Shown piece after piece: positions 16,170 through 26,352 of a DNA stretch of 32,000 nt; the stretch's first letter is position 1, and every line of letters starts with the position of its first letter. Origin of the DNA: an uncultured Caldimicrobium sp. (GTDB taxonomy: Bacteria; Desulfobacterota; Thermodesulfobacteria; Thermodesulfobacteriales; Thermodesulfobacteriaceae); the NCBI GenBank assembly GCA_964493015.1, contig CAZBLU010000001.1, positions 28,645-60,644 on the forward strand, written 5' to 3'. The notes beneath the pieces are model-generated. The model saw only the letters and a list, made by a program, of their open reading frames with translations, was not told the DNA's origin and did no database searches. The translations under genes were made by a program, and so were the position numbers.

Positions 16170-16241
16170 ACCATCCCTCCAAACTTTATATTACTTTTAT
16201 AAGTATATAACTCCTCCCCAAAAAGGCAATATGAAATTAAG

Positions 16242-19200
16242 TTAATTCTCAGTTAAACTTTCCTTTAAAATATGTTCCACAAAATCCTTTAGTCTATGAC
16301 AAATCTCTTCCCATTCCTTTTCCCCCTTCTCCACAGCATCCATAAACTCTTCAAGTTCCCTGGTAAAATCTTCAGAGACATATTCTGAGAACCTTTGAGA
16401 AAGATGGTCATAAACCTTTTTACCAAGAGGGGTAGGGACCAGTCCCCCTGTCTTTATCTCATAGACATAATGGCGATGTAAAAGGGTTGAAACAATCTCT
16501 GCATAAGTAGAAGGTCTTCCTAAACGCCTCTTTTTCATTTCTTGGATCAGGCTTCCCTGATTGTAAAGATAAACCTTAGGTATTTTGTGTAATTCTTGTT
16601 TTTCAGGGACAAGGGCCTCTGACCAAATAAAGAAAGGAGGTAACTTCCAAAAGGCATTATAACCCTCTTTCAAGATCTCCAGATTGACTATTTCTTCCCA
16701 GCTATAAGAGGGGAGCTCAAGGTTAAGCCTTCCTTTTTGGATCCTTACAGGGGCACATTGACTGGCCATAAATCTCTTGAAAATAAGGTCATAAAGTCTC
16801 ACCGAATCCTTGGGATTTTTGAAGGAAACTAAGCCATGAGCTAATCTTAACTTTATTTCGTTACTATCCCAGGGGTGGGTAGGTCTTATAGCTTCATGGG
16901 CCCCCTCTTTTGACCACTCACGCGGATAGAAAAATTCCTCTCCCAAAGTCTTTTCTATATAAGGCCTGGCCACTTGGTATCTACCTACTTCAGAAACCCT
17001 TGTAGAATCTGTTCGATGATAGGTGATTAAACCAAGTTCAAATAGTTCCTGAAGCAAGCTCATAGTATAAGCAGTGGGAAATTTGAAGTAATAGTAGGCA
17101 TCTTCAAGCACAGAATCGGTAGTATAAGGGGGTGGAGGTATAAGTTCCTCTTCCCATTTTTCAACAAGGCTAATTTTTAGCTTAGGTAACTCCTCTAAGA
17201 CCTTTTTAGCTAAGGCTTCCTCTTCAAAATCATGACTAAAGAAATTATGGCCAAGATAAAAGGTCAGACGATATTTATAATTTTTAGCCTCTTCTGCTCT
17301 TTTGATCACCCACCCAAGGACAGGGGTTTGCACTCTTCCAGCTGATAAAGTTTTCTTCTTAAAGGCCTTCCAGAGTTCCCGAGAAAGAGAAAAACCCACC
17401 CATCTATCAGCCACCCTTCTTGCAAGCTGGGCTTTTACGCGTGAGAGATTTATTTCACCTGGAGTTTCCAGGGCCTTTCTTAAGGCCCTGGGAGTTACCT
17501 CATGAAACTCAAGGCGCTTAATCTCCCTATGAAAGGGTCTAAGATTGATATAAAGGTCATAGGCAATCTTTTCCCCTTCAGAGTCTGGATCTGAGGCAAT
17601 AAAGATCTTACTGGCACAGTAGGCAAGGCTTCTTAAGGCTGAAATTATCTCCCCCTTATCGGAAATCTCTCCTTCCCCCTCATAGACCTCATCTACAAGC
17701 TCTTCCTTGGTATCCTTTACAAGCTTTATGGTATCAAAAAGCGGCCTATAATGTCCATTCTCCTTAAGGACCCCAAAAATTCCCTCCTTCCTTGAAAGGT
17801 TTAAAAGATGGCCCAAAGAAGCACATACGGAGAGAAGAGTATTTTCTAAGGGGATCTCATAGACCCAGAGGGATTTAATCCTCCTCCTTGAGGGTTTGCC
17901 AAAAAAACTGGCTATGGTCTTTGCCTTGTGAGGAGACTCTACAATCAGCAAATAGTTTTCAAAATCCTGAGTTACCTCAGAGAGGCCCTTTCTTTCCTCT
18001 TGAATCTCCTTATCAATTTCTTGAAGCTCCTCCCAAGAAACCTCTTTTATATCAGGTTCTTCTCCAAGATAGTAACGAAGCCTTTTTTTGAGACTCTGAA
18101 AGGCCTTGGGATTGTCCACAAGGACTAAAGAAAGCCCTGGTAAAAGGCCCCTTGCCGTGAGCCTTGAGACCCTTCCTGAGCCCTGAAGGTAGACTTGAGC
18201 ATTCCCAAGGACCACATAATAGTTCCCCTCCACAACCTCTAAAAAAACTTCATCAGAGGCATTCAATCTCTCCAGAAAATCTTTATCAAGAAGCTTACTT
18301 GTCAAGAAGGTTCTAATTTCCTCAACCCTCTTCAAAATACCTTCATACTGAGGCAGATTCTCCTCTCTAAGGGTGAGATATCTCTTGAGGTAATTAATAT
18401 AAGAGAGGCTCTGGAGCCTCTCTTCCTCCTCAAAAAGGGGAAGGAGTGAAAGGAGGAGGTTATGTAAAAACTGAATAGAAAGGGGGAGCTCAAAGGACTC
18501 ACCGCTTTTAAAAAGGGGGAAACGATGCTTAGGGACCCCAAGAAAGACCACATACCGTAAGATTTCAGGAAGATCAAGACCTCTCAAGAGTGGGTTAGCA
18601 AGGTTGGCAAGCCCGATAGCTACCCCTACCTTTTTATCCTTAAGGGCCTCAAGTAGCTCCTCTTCATCTGCCTCAAGATAGGAAATAACCCTAAAGCCTT
18701 TTTCCCTAAGTCTTTTAGTAACCTCCTCAACACCCTCTCTACCAAAGGCTTCCTCTACAAAGAGGAGGCCACCCTCTCCTAAAATCTCCATAGCCTTAGC
18801 AGAAGCCTCAACTAAGTCCTCCAGGTCTGAGGACTCAACTCCAAGGGAGAGGTCTCTTACCTTTCTTAAGGTTGAGACAAAACGAGTAATTTCAAAGCCA
18901 AGGAGGTTCTGAAAAAGAATAGCTCGACTTGTTTTGGGTTTTAAAGTAGCTGAAGATACAATTAGCCTCTTTAGCTTTCTCTGATGGCGCTCTTTAATTT
19001 GGGTTAACCTTTCATAATCTTCTTCCTCTTTATCTCTTTTTAAGGCAAGTTCAATCTCTTTTTGGGTAAAACCAAGTAAGGAAAAGAGATGTTCCACATT
19101 TTTTCCACTTTTCAGAAAGGAATCTACATCATCCACAAAAATAAGAGAAAAATCCAGTTTCTTTAAGAGTTCAAAATTCCTATGGAAAAAGGCCTGGGTG

Positions 19201-19748
19201 CAAATAAAAAGATCAAAATCCCCATTTTCAAGGATCACCTTCTCTTTGGTAGAGCCTGTGTAGGTAAGTATTTTCTTCTCTTGTAAATCTTTCCTCTTGC
19301 ATTTTTCTTGAAAGGCAAACAGTCGTTCAGCTAAATGAGTGACGAGCATTTTAGTAGGTACAATGATTAAGGTTTTTTCTGAATTTAAGAGGGAAATAAG
19401 GAGCCCAAAGGTAGTTTTTCCCGTGCCAGTTGGGGCAACAATAGCAAAGGATTCGCCAAGAAAAAATCTTTTAGCCCAGCTAATCTGGAGGGAAGATGGC
19501 TTAACACCTAAAATTTCTTTAAATATCTCCTGAAACAGTCGAATTTTCTCCTCCACCTGAGCAAAGGGTTTTAACCCTTGGAGTTTATTTTCCTTGACCA
19601 AGGCTTCAATGATTTCGTTAAAATCAAGCTCTTTATCCTTGAGAAGTTTTTGAGGTAAGCACTTTTCACAGGGTAGCCCCTGAGCTAATCTTTCGTCAGA
19701 GATAAGGCCTCCACAGTTAGGGCACCCTTTTGCTAAATAAAAAAGCAT
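16242..19748 (-). CDS. rgy: Reverse gyrase
   Basis: 1168 aa. It has an N-terminal Zn finger (CPNCGG...CEKC), SF2 helicase motifs (APTGTGKT, FVDDVD, SSATL), a Toprim start (LLIVESPHKAKTI, SDPDSEGE) and a type IA topoisomerase active-site region (ITYHRTDS). Confidence 0.95.
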   Translation of the reverse strand: MLFYLAKGCPNCGGLISDERLAQGLPCEKCLPQKLLKDKELDFNEIIEALVKENKLQGLKPFAQVEEKIRLFQEIFKEILGVKPSSLQISWAKRFFLGESFAIVAPTGTGKTTFGLLISLLNSEKTLIIVPTKMLVTHLAERLFAFQEKCKRKDLQEKKILTYTGSTKEKVILENGDFDLFICTQAFFHRNFELLKKLDFSLIFVDDVDSFLKSGKNVEHLFSLLGFTQKEIELALKRDKEEEDYERLTQIKERHQRKLKRLIVSSATLKPKTSRAILFQNLLGFEITRFVSTLRKVRDLSLGVESSDLEDLVEASAKAMEILGEGGLLFVEEAFGREGVEEVTKRLREKGFRVISYLEADEEELLEALKDKKVGVAIGLANLANPLLRGLDLPEILRYVVFLGVPKHRFPLFKSGESFELPLSIQFLHNLLLSLLPLFEEEERLQSLSYINYLKRYLTLREENLPQYEGILKRVEEIRTFLTSKLLDKDFLERLNASDEVFLEVVEGNYYVVLGNAQVYLQGSGRVSRLTARGLLPGLSLVLVDNPKAFQSLKKRLRYYLGEEPDIKEVSWEELQEIDKEIQEERKGLSEVTQDFENYLLIVESPHKAKTIASFFGKPSRRRIKSLWVYEIPLENTLLSVCASLGHLLNLSRKEGIFGVLKENGHYRPLFDTIKLVKDTKEELVDEVYEGEGEISDKGEIISALRSLAYCASKIFIASDPDSEGEKIAYDLYINLRPFHREIKRLEFHEVTPRALRKALETPGEINLSRVKAQLARRVADRWVGFSLSRELWKAFKKKTLSAGRVQTPVLGWVIKRAEEAKNYKYRLTFYLGHNFFSHDFEEEALAKKVLEELPKLKISLVEKWEEELIPPPPYTTDSVLEDAYYYFKFPTAYTMSLLQELFELGLITYHRTDSTRVSEVGRYQVARPYIEKTLGEEFFYPREWSKEGAHEAIRPTHPWDSNEIKLRLAHGLVSFKNPKDSVRLYDLIFKRFMASQCAPVRIQKGRLNLELPSYSWEEIVNLEILKEGYNAFWKLPPFFIWSEALVPEKQELHKIPKVYLYNQGSLIQEMKKRRLGRPSTYAEIVSTLLHRHYVYEIKTGGLVPTPLGKKVYDHLSQRFSEYVSEDFTRELEEFMDAVEKGEKEWEEICHRLKDFVEHILKESLTEN

Positions 19749-19877
19749 TTCCCCTCCCTATGTGGAATAGCTATTAATCTTATAAGAAAAAATTCAAAAT
19801 GCCAAGGGAGAGAAAAGGAAGAAGTTTAGACAGCAGAGGCTTCCCTTTTTACATTTATGTGTTATAAATAGCTCTAT

Positions 19878-20405
19878 ATGTTTAAGGGCACTACTATTGT
19901 TGCGGTAAAGAGGGAGGGGAAGGTAGCCTTAGCTGGTGATGGGCAAGTTACTTTTGGGAATACTGTTCTGAAACAGCGTGCCAAAAAGATTAGAAGGTTA
20001 TACAAAGGGCAAGTCCTTGTTGGTTTTGCTGGAGCCACAGCTGATGCCCTCACCCTCTTTGACAAACTGGAAAAGAAACTTGAAGCCTATAGTGGTCAAT
20101 TACTTAGGGCAGCTGTTGAGCTTGCCAAGGACTGGAGAACAGATAAAATTCTTCGCCGTCTTGAGGCCTTTATCATTGCAGCAGATAAAGAACACCTTTT
20201 GCTCATTTCTGGGGCTGGAGATGTAGTGGAGCCTGATGAAGAGGTTGTGGCCATTGGCTCAGGTGGCCCCATGGCCCTTGCTTCAGCCAAGGCTTTGCTA
20301 CGTTATACGAATCTTTCGGCAAAAGAAATCGCTGAAATCTCTCTTAAGATTGCCAGTGAAATCTGTATCTACACCAACTCAGAAATCATTGTGGAGGAGC
20401 TCTAA
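19878..20405 (+). CDS. hslV: ATP-dependent protease subunit HslV
   Basis: 175 aa, [32 protein letters not shown].... The catalytic Thr follows a short propeptide, and GSGG is present. Confidence 0.95.
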   Translation: MFKGTTIVAVKREGKVALAGDGQVTFGNTVLKQRAKKIRRLYKGQVLVGFAGATADALTLFDKLEKKLEAYSGQLLRAAVELAKDWRTDKILRRLEAFIIAADKEHLLLISGAGDVVEPDEEVVAIGSGGPMALASAKALLRYTNLSAKEIAEISLKIASEICIYTNSEIIVEEL

Positions 20406-21737
20406 TTGAGGAAAAAAGAAAGAGAACTCACTCCCAAAGAGATTGTTGCTGAGCTTGACCGTTATATTGTAGGACAAGCCAGGGCCAAAAGGGCTGTAGC
20501 TATTGCCCTAAGGAACCGTTGGAGGAGACGACAGCTAAAAGGCCCCCTTAAAGAAGAGATCTATCCCAAAAATATTCTTATGATAGGGCCAACTGGTGTT
20601 GGTAAAACAGAGATTGCTCGACGCTTAGCTAAACTGGCTAAGGCCCCTTTTATCAAGGTAGAGGCCACAAAATTCACCGAAGTTGGCTATGTGGGTAGAG
20701 ATGTGGAGGCTATGATTAGAGACCTCACCAATATGGCTGTCCAAATGGTAAGAGAAGAAGAGGAAAAAAAGGTGCTTGAAAGGGCAAAAGAGCTTGCTGA
20801 AGAAAGAATTGTTGAACTCTTGTTACCTCAGACCTCGCCCCGAGTTAGTTATGACCCACTTACAAAGGAGAAATTTCTCAAGATGTTAAGAGATGGAGCC
20901 CTTGATGAGCGCGAGATAGAAATTGAAGTTGAACCGAGAGACAGGGCCCCAGCTATCGAGATCTTTGCTGCCACAGGACTTGAAGAATTGGAGATGCAAC
21001 TAAGAGATATGCTCTCCACCTTTATCCCCTTTCGCGTTAAAAAGAGAAGGGTTAAGATCAAAGAGGCGCTCCAGATTCTTACTAAGGAAGAAGCAGGTAA
21101 ATTGATAGATATGGACAAAGTCATAAGAGAGGCCATTACCCGCACTGAAACAAGTGGCATAGTATTTATTGATGAGATAGATAAAATTGCCAGTCGAGGG
21201 GAAACTTCTGGCCCAGATGTCTCTCGAGAAGGAGTTCAAAGAGACCTATTACCCATTGTGGAAGGAACGACAGTTAATACCCGCTATGGAATGGTCAGAA
21301 CAGACTATATCCTCTTCATTGCCAGTGGGGCCTTCCATATAGCTAAACCTTCAGATCTAATACCAGAACTACAAGGCAGGTTCCCCATTAGAGTAGAACT
21401 TGATCCTCTTACCAAGGAAGACTTCGTTAGAATCCTTACCGAACCAGAAAATGCCATTCTCAAACAATATCAAGCCTTGCTTGCTACAGAGAAAGTAGAA
21501 ATCGAATTTACACCCGAGGCTATAGAAGAAATTGCTCAAATTGCCTACGAAATCAATCAAAAAATGGAAAATATTGGTGCCCGAAGACTTTATACAGTGG
21601 TAGAAAAGGTCTTAGAAGACCTATCCTTTGAAGCCCCAGATATAGCACCTGCCAAAGTGGTAATTACACCTCAGTATGTGCGAGAAAAACTGGGAGAAAT
21701 AATCTCCCGTGAAGATCTTATGAAATTTATTCTTTAA
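20406..21737 (+). CDS. hslU: ATP-dependent protease ATPase subunit HslU
   Basis: 443 aa with [17 protein letters not shown], Walker [16 protein letters not shown] and Walker [11 protein letters not shown]. The TTG start directly follows the hslV TAA, with GGAGGAG 6 nt upstream. No ATG is available upstream of the conserved N-terminus. Confidence 0.93.
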   Translation: MRKKERELTPKEIVAELDRYIVGQARAKRAVAIALRNRWRRRQLKGPLKEEIYPKNILMIGPTGVGKTEIARRLAKLAKAPFIKVEATKFTEVGYVGRDVEAMIRDLTNMAVQMVREEEEKKVLERAKELAEERIVELLLPQTSPRVSYDPLTKEKFLKMLRDGALDEREIEIEVEPRDRAPAIEIFAATGLEELEMQLRDMLSTFIPFRVKKRRVKIKEALQILTKEEAGKLIDMDKVIREAITRTETSGIVFIDEIDKIASRGETSGPDVSREGVQRDLLPIVEGTTVNTRYGMVRTDYILFIASGAFHIAKPSDLIPELQGRFPIRVELDPLTKEDFVRILTEPENAILKQYQALLATEKVEIEFTPEAIEEIAQIAYEINQKMENIGARRLYTVVEKVLEDLSFEAPDIAPAKVVITPQYVREKLGEIISREDLMKFIL

Positions 21738-23018
21738 ATGAGTACTTCCAGAATCCTCTTTTTTACAGGCATCACAGGTAATATCCTTGAATGGTATGAC
21801 TTTGTGATTTATGGATACTTTGCCAGTGAATTTGCCAAACTCTTTTTTCCCACTTCTGATCCAGCGGTCTCCTTAATCCTTAGTTTTTTAACCTTTGCCG
21901 TAGGTTTTTTCACCAGACCCCTTGGGGCCCTTTTCCTTGGCTATGTGGGAGATAAAAAGGGTAGAAAGCCTGCCCTCCTTCTATCTATCATTCTTATGGC
22001 CATTCCCTCTTTTCTTATGATCTTCCTTCCTACCTATGAAACTATAGGTATCTTAGCCCCTATTATCCTTGCGCTCCTTAGGCTTCTTCAGGGCTTTTCT
22101 GCAGGGGGTGAATACACTACCTCAGTAGCCTTCCTCTTAGAACATAGCCCACCTAATAGACGAGCCCTCTGGAGCAGTGTAAACCTCTTTGGAGCTATTG
22201 CAGGCATTTTGCTTGGCTCCTTAGTTGCCACTTTTCTATATCACCTTTTGGACAAGGCAACTATCCAGAGCTATGGTTGGAGATTAGCCTATCTTCCAAC
22301 CATTTTCTTAGCCTTAATAGGATACCTAATTCGCAAACACACCTATGAAACCCCTGCCTTTCTCAGAGAAAAGCTCTCTCCCCTCAAAGGCTTTCCTTTA
22401 CTTCTGGCCATAAGAGAATTTCCCAGATCCTTCTTTTTGGCCCTACTCCTTTCCATGGTGCAGGGTGTTGCCTTTTATACGCTTTTCGTATATCTCCCTA
22501 CATATTTTTCGCGCTATCTATCTCTCTCTTCTGATAAAGCCCTCCTCTCCAATACCTTAGCTATGGCTATGCTTAATCTCTTGATCTTACCCTGTGCCTA
22601 TTTGGCAGACCGTTACGGTAGAAGACCACTCTTTCTCTTTTCCCTCACTCTCTATACTTTCCTTTCCATTTTGCTCAATAAACTTATTCTCTCGGGAAGC
22701 TTTTCCTCAATCCTTATTGCCCATCTCATCTTTGCCACTATTTCTGGTTTCTTTATGAGTATCTTACCTGTCACTTTAGCAGAACTTTTTCCTGTTAAGG
22801 TGAGAGCCACTTCTTTTGCTGTTCTTTATAACCTTTCCCTTGCCCTTTTTGGCGGAACGGCCCCCATGCTTGCTACTTATTTTATTGAAAAAAAGGGCTT
22901 TCTCCTCTTTCCAGGGACCTATCTTGCCTTGTGTGCAGGCATTGCCCTTTTATCAGCCCTGAAGTTTCTACCTGAAACTCATCCCTTGAAATCCCAAGGC
23001 ACAGCCCAGAGGTCATAG
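21738..23018 (+). CDS. MFS transporter, metabolite:H+ symporter (ProP/KgtP/ShiA-like) family
   Basis: 426 aa with about 12 hydrophobic helices, the N-terminal ILEWYDFVIYGYFA signature and the GDKKGRKP loop. The ATG abuts the hslU TAA. Confidence 0.8.
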   Translation: MSTSRILFFTGITGNILEWYDFVIYGYFASEFAKLFFPTSDPAVSLILSFLTFAVGFFTRPLGALFLGYVGDKKGRKPALLLSIILMAIPSFLMIFLPTYETIGILAPIILALLRLLQGFSAGGEYTTSVAFLLEHSPPNRRALWSSVNLFGAIAGILLGSLVATFLYHLLDKATIQSYGWRLAYLPTIFLALIGYLIRKHTYETPAFLREKLSPLKGFPLLLAIREFPRSFFLALLLSMVQGVAFYTLFVYLPTYFSRYLSLSSDKALLSNTLAMAMLNLLILPCAYLADRYGRRPLFLFSLTLYTFLSILLNKLILSGSFSSILIAHLIFATISGFFMSILPVTLAELFPVKVRATSFAVLYNLSLALFGGTAPMLATYFIEKKGFLLFPGTYLALCAGIALLSALKFLPETHPLKSQGTAQRS

Positions 23019-24268
23019 ACCCCACTTCTTGTAATCTTCACCTTTACAAGAGATCCAGGGAGATGAGATCCCTTCAGCAAATAGGTTAAGCCATCTATTT
23101 CAGGGGCTTGAAGCCTGGCTATACCAAATCTTCTCCCCTTAAAATCTTCACCTAAGACAAGGAGCTCCTCTTCAACTCCCACCCTTTCCTTTAGCCTGGC
23201 TTTGGTTATCTCCTTTTGAAGCCTTAAGACCTCTCTTTTCCTTCTCAACCGCTCTTTCATGGGAATTTGACCAGGTAGCTTCTCTGCAGGGGTTCCCTCT
23301 TCAGGATAAAAAGGAAAGACCCCTAAATATTCAAATTTGGCAAGCTTGAGGAACTCAAGGAGATAGGCAAATTCTTTATCCCCTTCTCCTGGAAATCCTA
23401 CAATCAAACTCGTCCTAAAAGAAACCATGGGATTAAGTTTTCTAACATGTTCCATAAGGTTTAAAATTTTTTCAGGCGAATAAGGCCTCTTCATAGCCTT
23501 AAGAAGATTTGGATGGGCATGCTGAATAGGTATATCAAGGTAGGGCACTACCTTGGGGAGCTCTAAAATCCGCTCTAAAAGCCCTTCCTCAAGATGTGAG
23601 GGATGCAAATAGAGAAGACGAATTCTAAACTCAAAAGGCAAAAGACTAAGTTCTTTTAAAAGATAAAGTAGACCATCCTTCAACCCCAAATCCCTTCCAT
23701 AGAGGGTCAGATCCTGGCCAACTAAAATTAGCTCTTTAATTCCCTTTTCTAAAAGTTTACGAGCCTCTCTAAGGAGTGATTCCAGAGGTTTACTTCTATA
23801 GGAGCCCCTAATTTTAGGGATAGTACAGTAGCTACAACGATGATTACAGCCCTCAGATATCTTAAGATAGGCATAAAAGGGACTTTCAGTTAAGACTTTG
23901 TCTTCTGGCTCCTCTTTGGTAAAAAACTGAAAGGGTTCTATACCGTAAAACTCATCCACCTCAGGGAGTAGCTCCCTAAGGGTCTCTAAGGAATATCTTG
24001 CAGGCAAACACCCAGAAACTATTAATTTCTGAGACCCCTTTTTTAAAGAAGCTAAGTCTAATATATGATCAATAGCCTCTTCCACAGAGGGCTTTATAAA
24101 GGCACAGGTATTTACCCAGAGGATATCTGCCTCTTCAGGATCTAAGGTGAAAGTATAACCTCTTTTTTGAAAGAGATAGAGGAGTTTTTCGAAATCACTC
24201 TTATTTTTGGGGCAACCAAGACTAACAGGATAGAGCTTTTTAGATGGTCTTAATTTGGGTGATTTCAT
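22979..24268 (-). CDS. rimO: Ribosomal protein S12 methylthiotransferase RimO
   Basis: 429 aa with an N-terminal MTTase domain (VSLGCPKNKSDFE), the radical-SAM CNHRCSYC motif and a C-terminal TRAM-like domain. Confidence 0.85.
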   Translation of the reverse strand: MKSPKLRPSKKLYPVSLGCPKNKSDFEKLLYLFQKRGYTFTLDPEEADILWVNTCAFIKPSVEEAIDHILDLASLKKGSQKLIVSGCLPARYSLETLRELLPEVDEFYGIEPFQFFTKEEPEDKVLTESPFYAYLKISEGCNHRCSYCTIPKIRGSYRSKPLESLLREARKLLEKGIKELILVGQDLTLYGRDLGLKDGLLYLLKELSLLPFEFRIRLLYLHPSHLEEGLLERILELPKVVPYLDIPIQHAHPNLLKAMKRPYSPEKILNLMEHVRKLNPMVSFRTSLIVGFPGEGDKEFAYLLEFLKLAKFEYLGVFPFYPEEGTPAEKLPGQIPMKERLRRKREVLRLQKEITKARLKERVGVEEELLVLGEDFKGRRFGIARLQAPEIDGLTYLLKGSHLPGSLVKVKITRSGVYDLWAVPWDFKG

Positions 24269-24596
24269 TTTTATCGTTTAGATAGAGAAGTTTTGTCCTG
24301 AAAAAGGGTAGCTCAGCATCGCTAATCCAGGAATAGGAGACAATAATAATTCTATCCCCCACTTCACCAAGCCTTGCCGAGGCCCCATTGAGAATAACTT
24401 CTCCCTTTTCGCCTTCAATGAGGTAGGTTTCAAAGCGTTCTCCATTGTTAAGGTTATAAACCCAAACTGCCTCCATGGGCAAAAGACCAGCCTTTTCCAT
24501 GATCTCCCTATCAAGGGTTAGACTTCCTTCATAATTAAGGTTCTTATCTGTTATGGTAGCCTGATGAATCTTGGCCTTTAAAAATTTGCGTAACAT
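24240..24596 (-). CDS. panD: Aspartate 1-decarboxylase
   Basis: 118 aa with KAKIHQATIT, the self-processing site LNYEGS, NGERFETY and LNGASARL. Confidence 0.93.
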   Translation of the reverse strand: MLRKFLKAKIHQATITDKNLNYEGSLTLDREIMEKAGLLPMEAVWVYNLNNGERFETYLIEGEKGEVILNGASARLGEVGDRIIIVSYSWISDAELPFFRTKLLYLNDKNEITQIKTI

Positions 24597-24598
24597 CC

Positions 24599-25456
24599 TT
24601 AGCCCTCCTCTTTTGGTTTTATAATCCTATTATCAATTAGTCTTGTTTTCCCCACAAAGACCGCTAAGGCAAGTAAAACGGGGCCCCTAATATGGGAGAC
24701 CCTCTCTAAAGTTTGAGGATCAACTATCTCCACATATTGCACCTTAGTGTAAGGAAAATTTTCAATATACTCTCTAACAAGTTTAACTATCCTCTCTGGG
24801 TCTTTCTCCCCACCAAGGACCAGCCTTTCAGCAAGCTTTAAGGCCTGGTAAAGGGATAGAGCTGACCTTCTTTCCTCCTCATTGAGATAAGTATTTCTGG
24901 AACTTAGGGCCAAACCATCAAAGTCCCTAACTATAGGATGAGAGAGGATTTCCACATCTAAGTTGAGGTCTTTAACCATTTGTTGAATTATTCTCAACTG
25001 CTGATAGTCCTTTTCCCCAAAAATAGCTATATCAGGCTTAATGATGTTAAAAAGCTTTAGAACAACTGTTGCTACCCCTCTAAAATGCCCAGGCCTATAG
25101 GCCCCACAAAGCCCAGAGCTAAGCTTGGTTACCTCAACAAAGGTCTGGAAATCATCTGGATACATCTCCTCAGCCTCTGGACAAAAGAGGAGGTCTACTC
25201 CTTCTGCCTCTAAAAGCTTTGCATCTCTATCAAGATCCCGAGGATAGACCTTGAAATCCTCCTCTTGACCAAACTGAAGAGGATTGACAAAGATGCTAAC
25301 TACCACCTTATCAGCCTTATTTTTAGCCATTCTTACTAAGCTTAGATGTCCCTCATGGAGATAGCCCATAGTAGGGACAAGGGCAACTGTGTGCCCCTCT
25401 CTTTTGTATTCCCTTATTCTCTCTTTTATGAGCTCAATGCTTTTAATTACTTCCAT
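24599..25456 (-). CDS. panC: Pantoate--beta-alanine ligase
   Basis: 285 aa with VPTMGYLHEGHLSL, VSIFVNPLQF, FGEKDYQQ and LALSSRN. Confidence 0.95.
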   Translation of the reverse strand: MEVIKSIELIKERIREYKREGHTVALVPTMGYLHEGHLSLVRMAKNKADKVVVSIFVNPLQFGQEEDFKVYPRDLDRDAKLLEAEGVDLLFCPEAEEMYPDDFQTFVEVTKLSSGLCGAYRPGHFRGVATVVLKLFNIIKPDIAIFGEKDYQQLRIIQQMVKDLNLDVEILSHPIVRDFDGLALSSRNTYLNEEERRSALSLYQALKLAERLVLGGEKDPERIVKLVREYIENFPYTKVQYVEIVDPQTLERVSHIRGPVLLALAVFVGKTRLIDNRIIKPKEEG

Positions 25457-26298
25457 GTCTCCAAATCTATGAATTCTAAAGGTTCCATATGAGCGAAGAT
25501 CCTCTGCAAGATCACACCTTTTAGTCTTTCCTCCTTCTCTACTTCAAATTTCCCCTCGCCCTGACTTTTTAATTGCTGAGCCAATCTTCCCTTATGCCAC
25601 TCCTCCCAGAGAAGAATCCTCTCTCCTTTGGCACTTTCCTTTAGATAAAAATACCAATAAGTAGCCTCATCAATCCTAAAATATAAAGCACCTTCCCAAA
25701 AATCCAAAGGCTTCACCTTGAGGGGATAGGCTAATTTTTTAAGAAACTCATAGAGGCCCTTTTCGCTATCAACCAAATAGACCCTTTGCCCAGGCCTAAG
25801 AAAGGGGATAAGTCTCTCCAAATCAGGGTTATTTAAGGCTACACAACCTTGTGTCCAGTTGTAATTAAGGCCTCCCTTTTCTTTTTTAAAGGAACCACCT
25901 CCATGAATGCCAATGGCGTTACCAAGGGTTTTCCCTTCAGCCCTCTTTAATCTTGCAAAATCTATTTCTCCTCTATAATAAGCCCAAGAAAGATCGTTCC
26001 AATTAGGATAAGAGAGCTCAATAAAGTAGTAATACTGGGCAGAAAGTCTAATCTCGGTTATTTTGTAAATTCCCTCAGGGGTAAGGAAATCTCCCCTTTT
26101 ACTCTTAGGAAGAAGGCTTTTTAAACCATGTCCTGCTGGAAAGTCCATTAAAACCTCTTCCCCCCTTTTAAGATAGAGACGATATTTTGCCTTATCATAA
26201 AGGAGGTAAAGCTCTTGTGAGCCTTCTACTACATTTGCCAACAGTAATATAATCCAAATTAAAACTAAGGTTTGTCTTAAAAAAAGAATAAAGCCCAT
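25447..26298 (-). CDS. L,D-transpeptidase (YkuD) family protein
   Basis: 283 aa with an N-terminal signal/anchor and the catalytic motif GIHGG...(18 aa)...TQGCVAL. Confidence 0.8.
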   Translation of the reverse strand: MGFILFLRQTLVLIWIILLLANVVEGSQELYLLYDKAKYRLYLKRGEEVLMDFPAGHGLKSLLPKSKRGDFLTPEGIYKITEIRLSAQYYYFIELSYPNWNDLSWAYYRGEIDFARLKRAEGKTLGNAIGIHGGGSFKKEKGGLNYNWTQGCVALNNPDLERLIPFLRPGQRVYLVDSEKGLYEFLKKLAYPLKVKPLDFWEGALYFRIDEATYWYFYLKESAKGERILLWEEWHKGRLAQQLKSQGEGKFEVEKEERLKGVILQRIFAHMEPLEFIDLETWK

Positions 26299-26352
26299 TT
26301 TTTAAAAAAAACCCCTTGACAATATCATAAAATCTTTTAAAAATAACAAACA

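Noticed and set aside
17302-19533. Short ORFs inside reverse gyrase (17302, 17888, 17928 and 19339 on plus; 18332-18577 on minus in another frame).
   Set aside because: They are internal to a continuous 1168-aa ORF that has all its helicase and topoisomerase motifs.
19874-21560. ORFs overlapping hslV/hslU in other frames or on the other strand (19874-20065, 19978-20226, 20096-20290, 20849-21160, 21000-21239, 21369-21560).
   Set aside because: They are shadow ORFs of two highly conserved genes.
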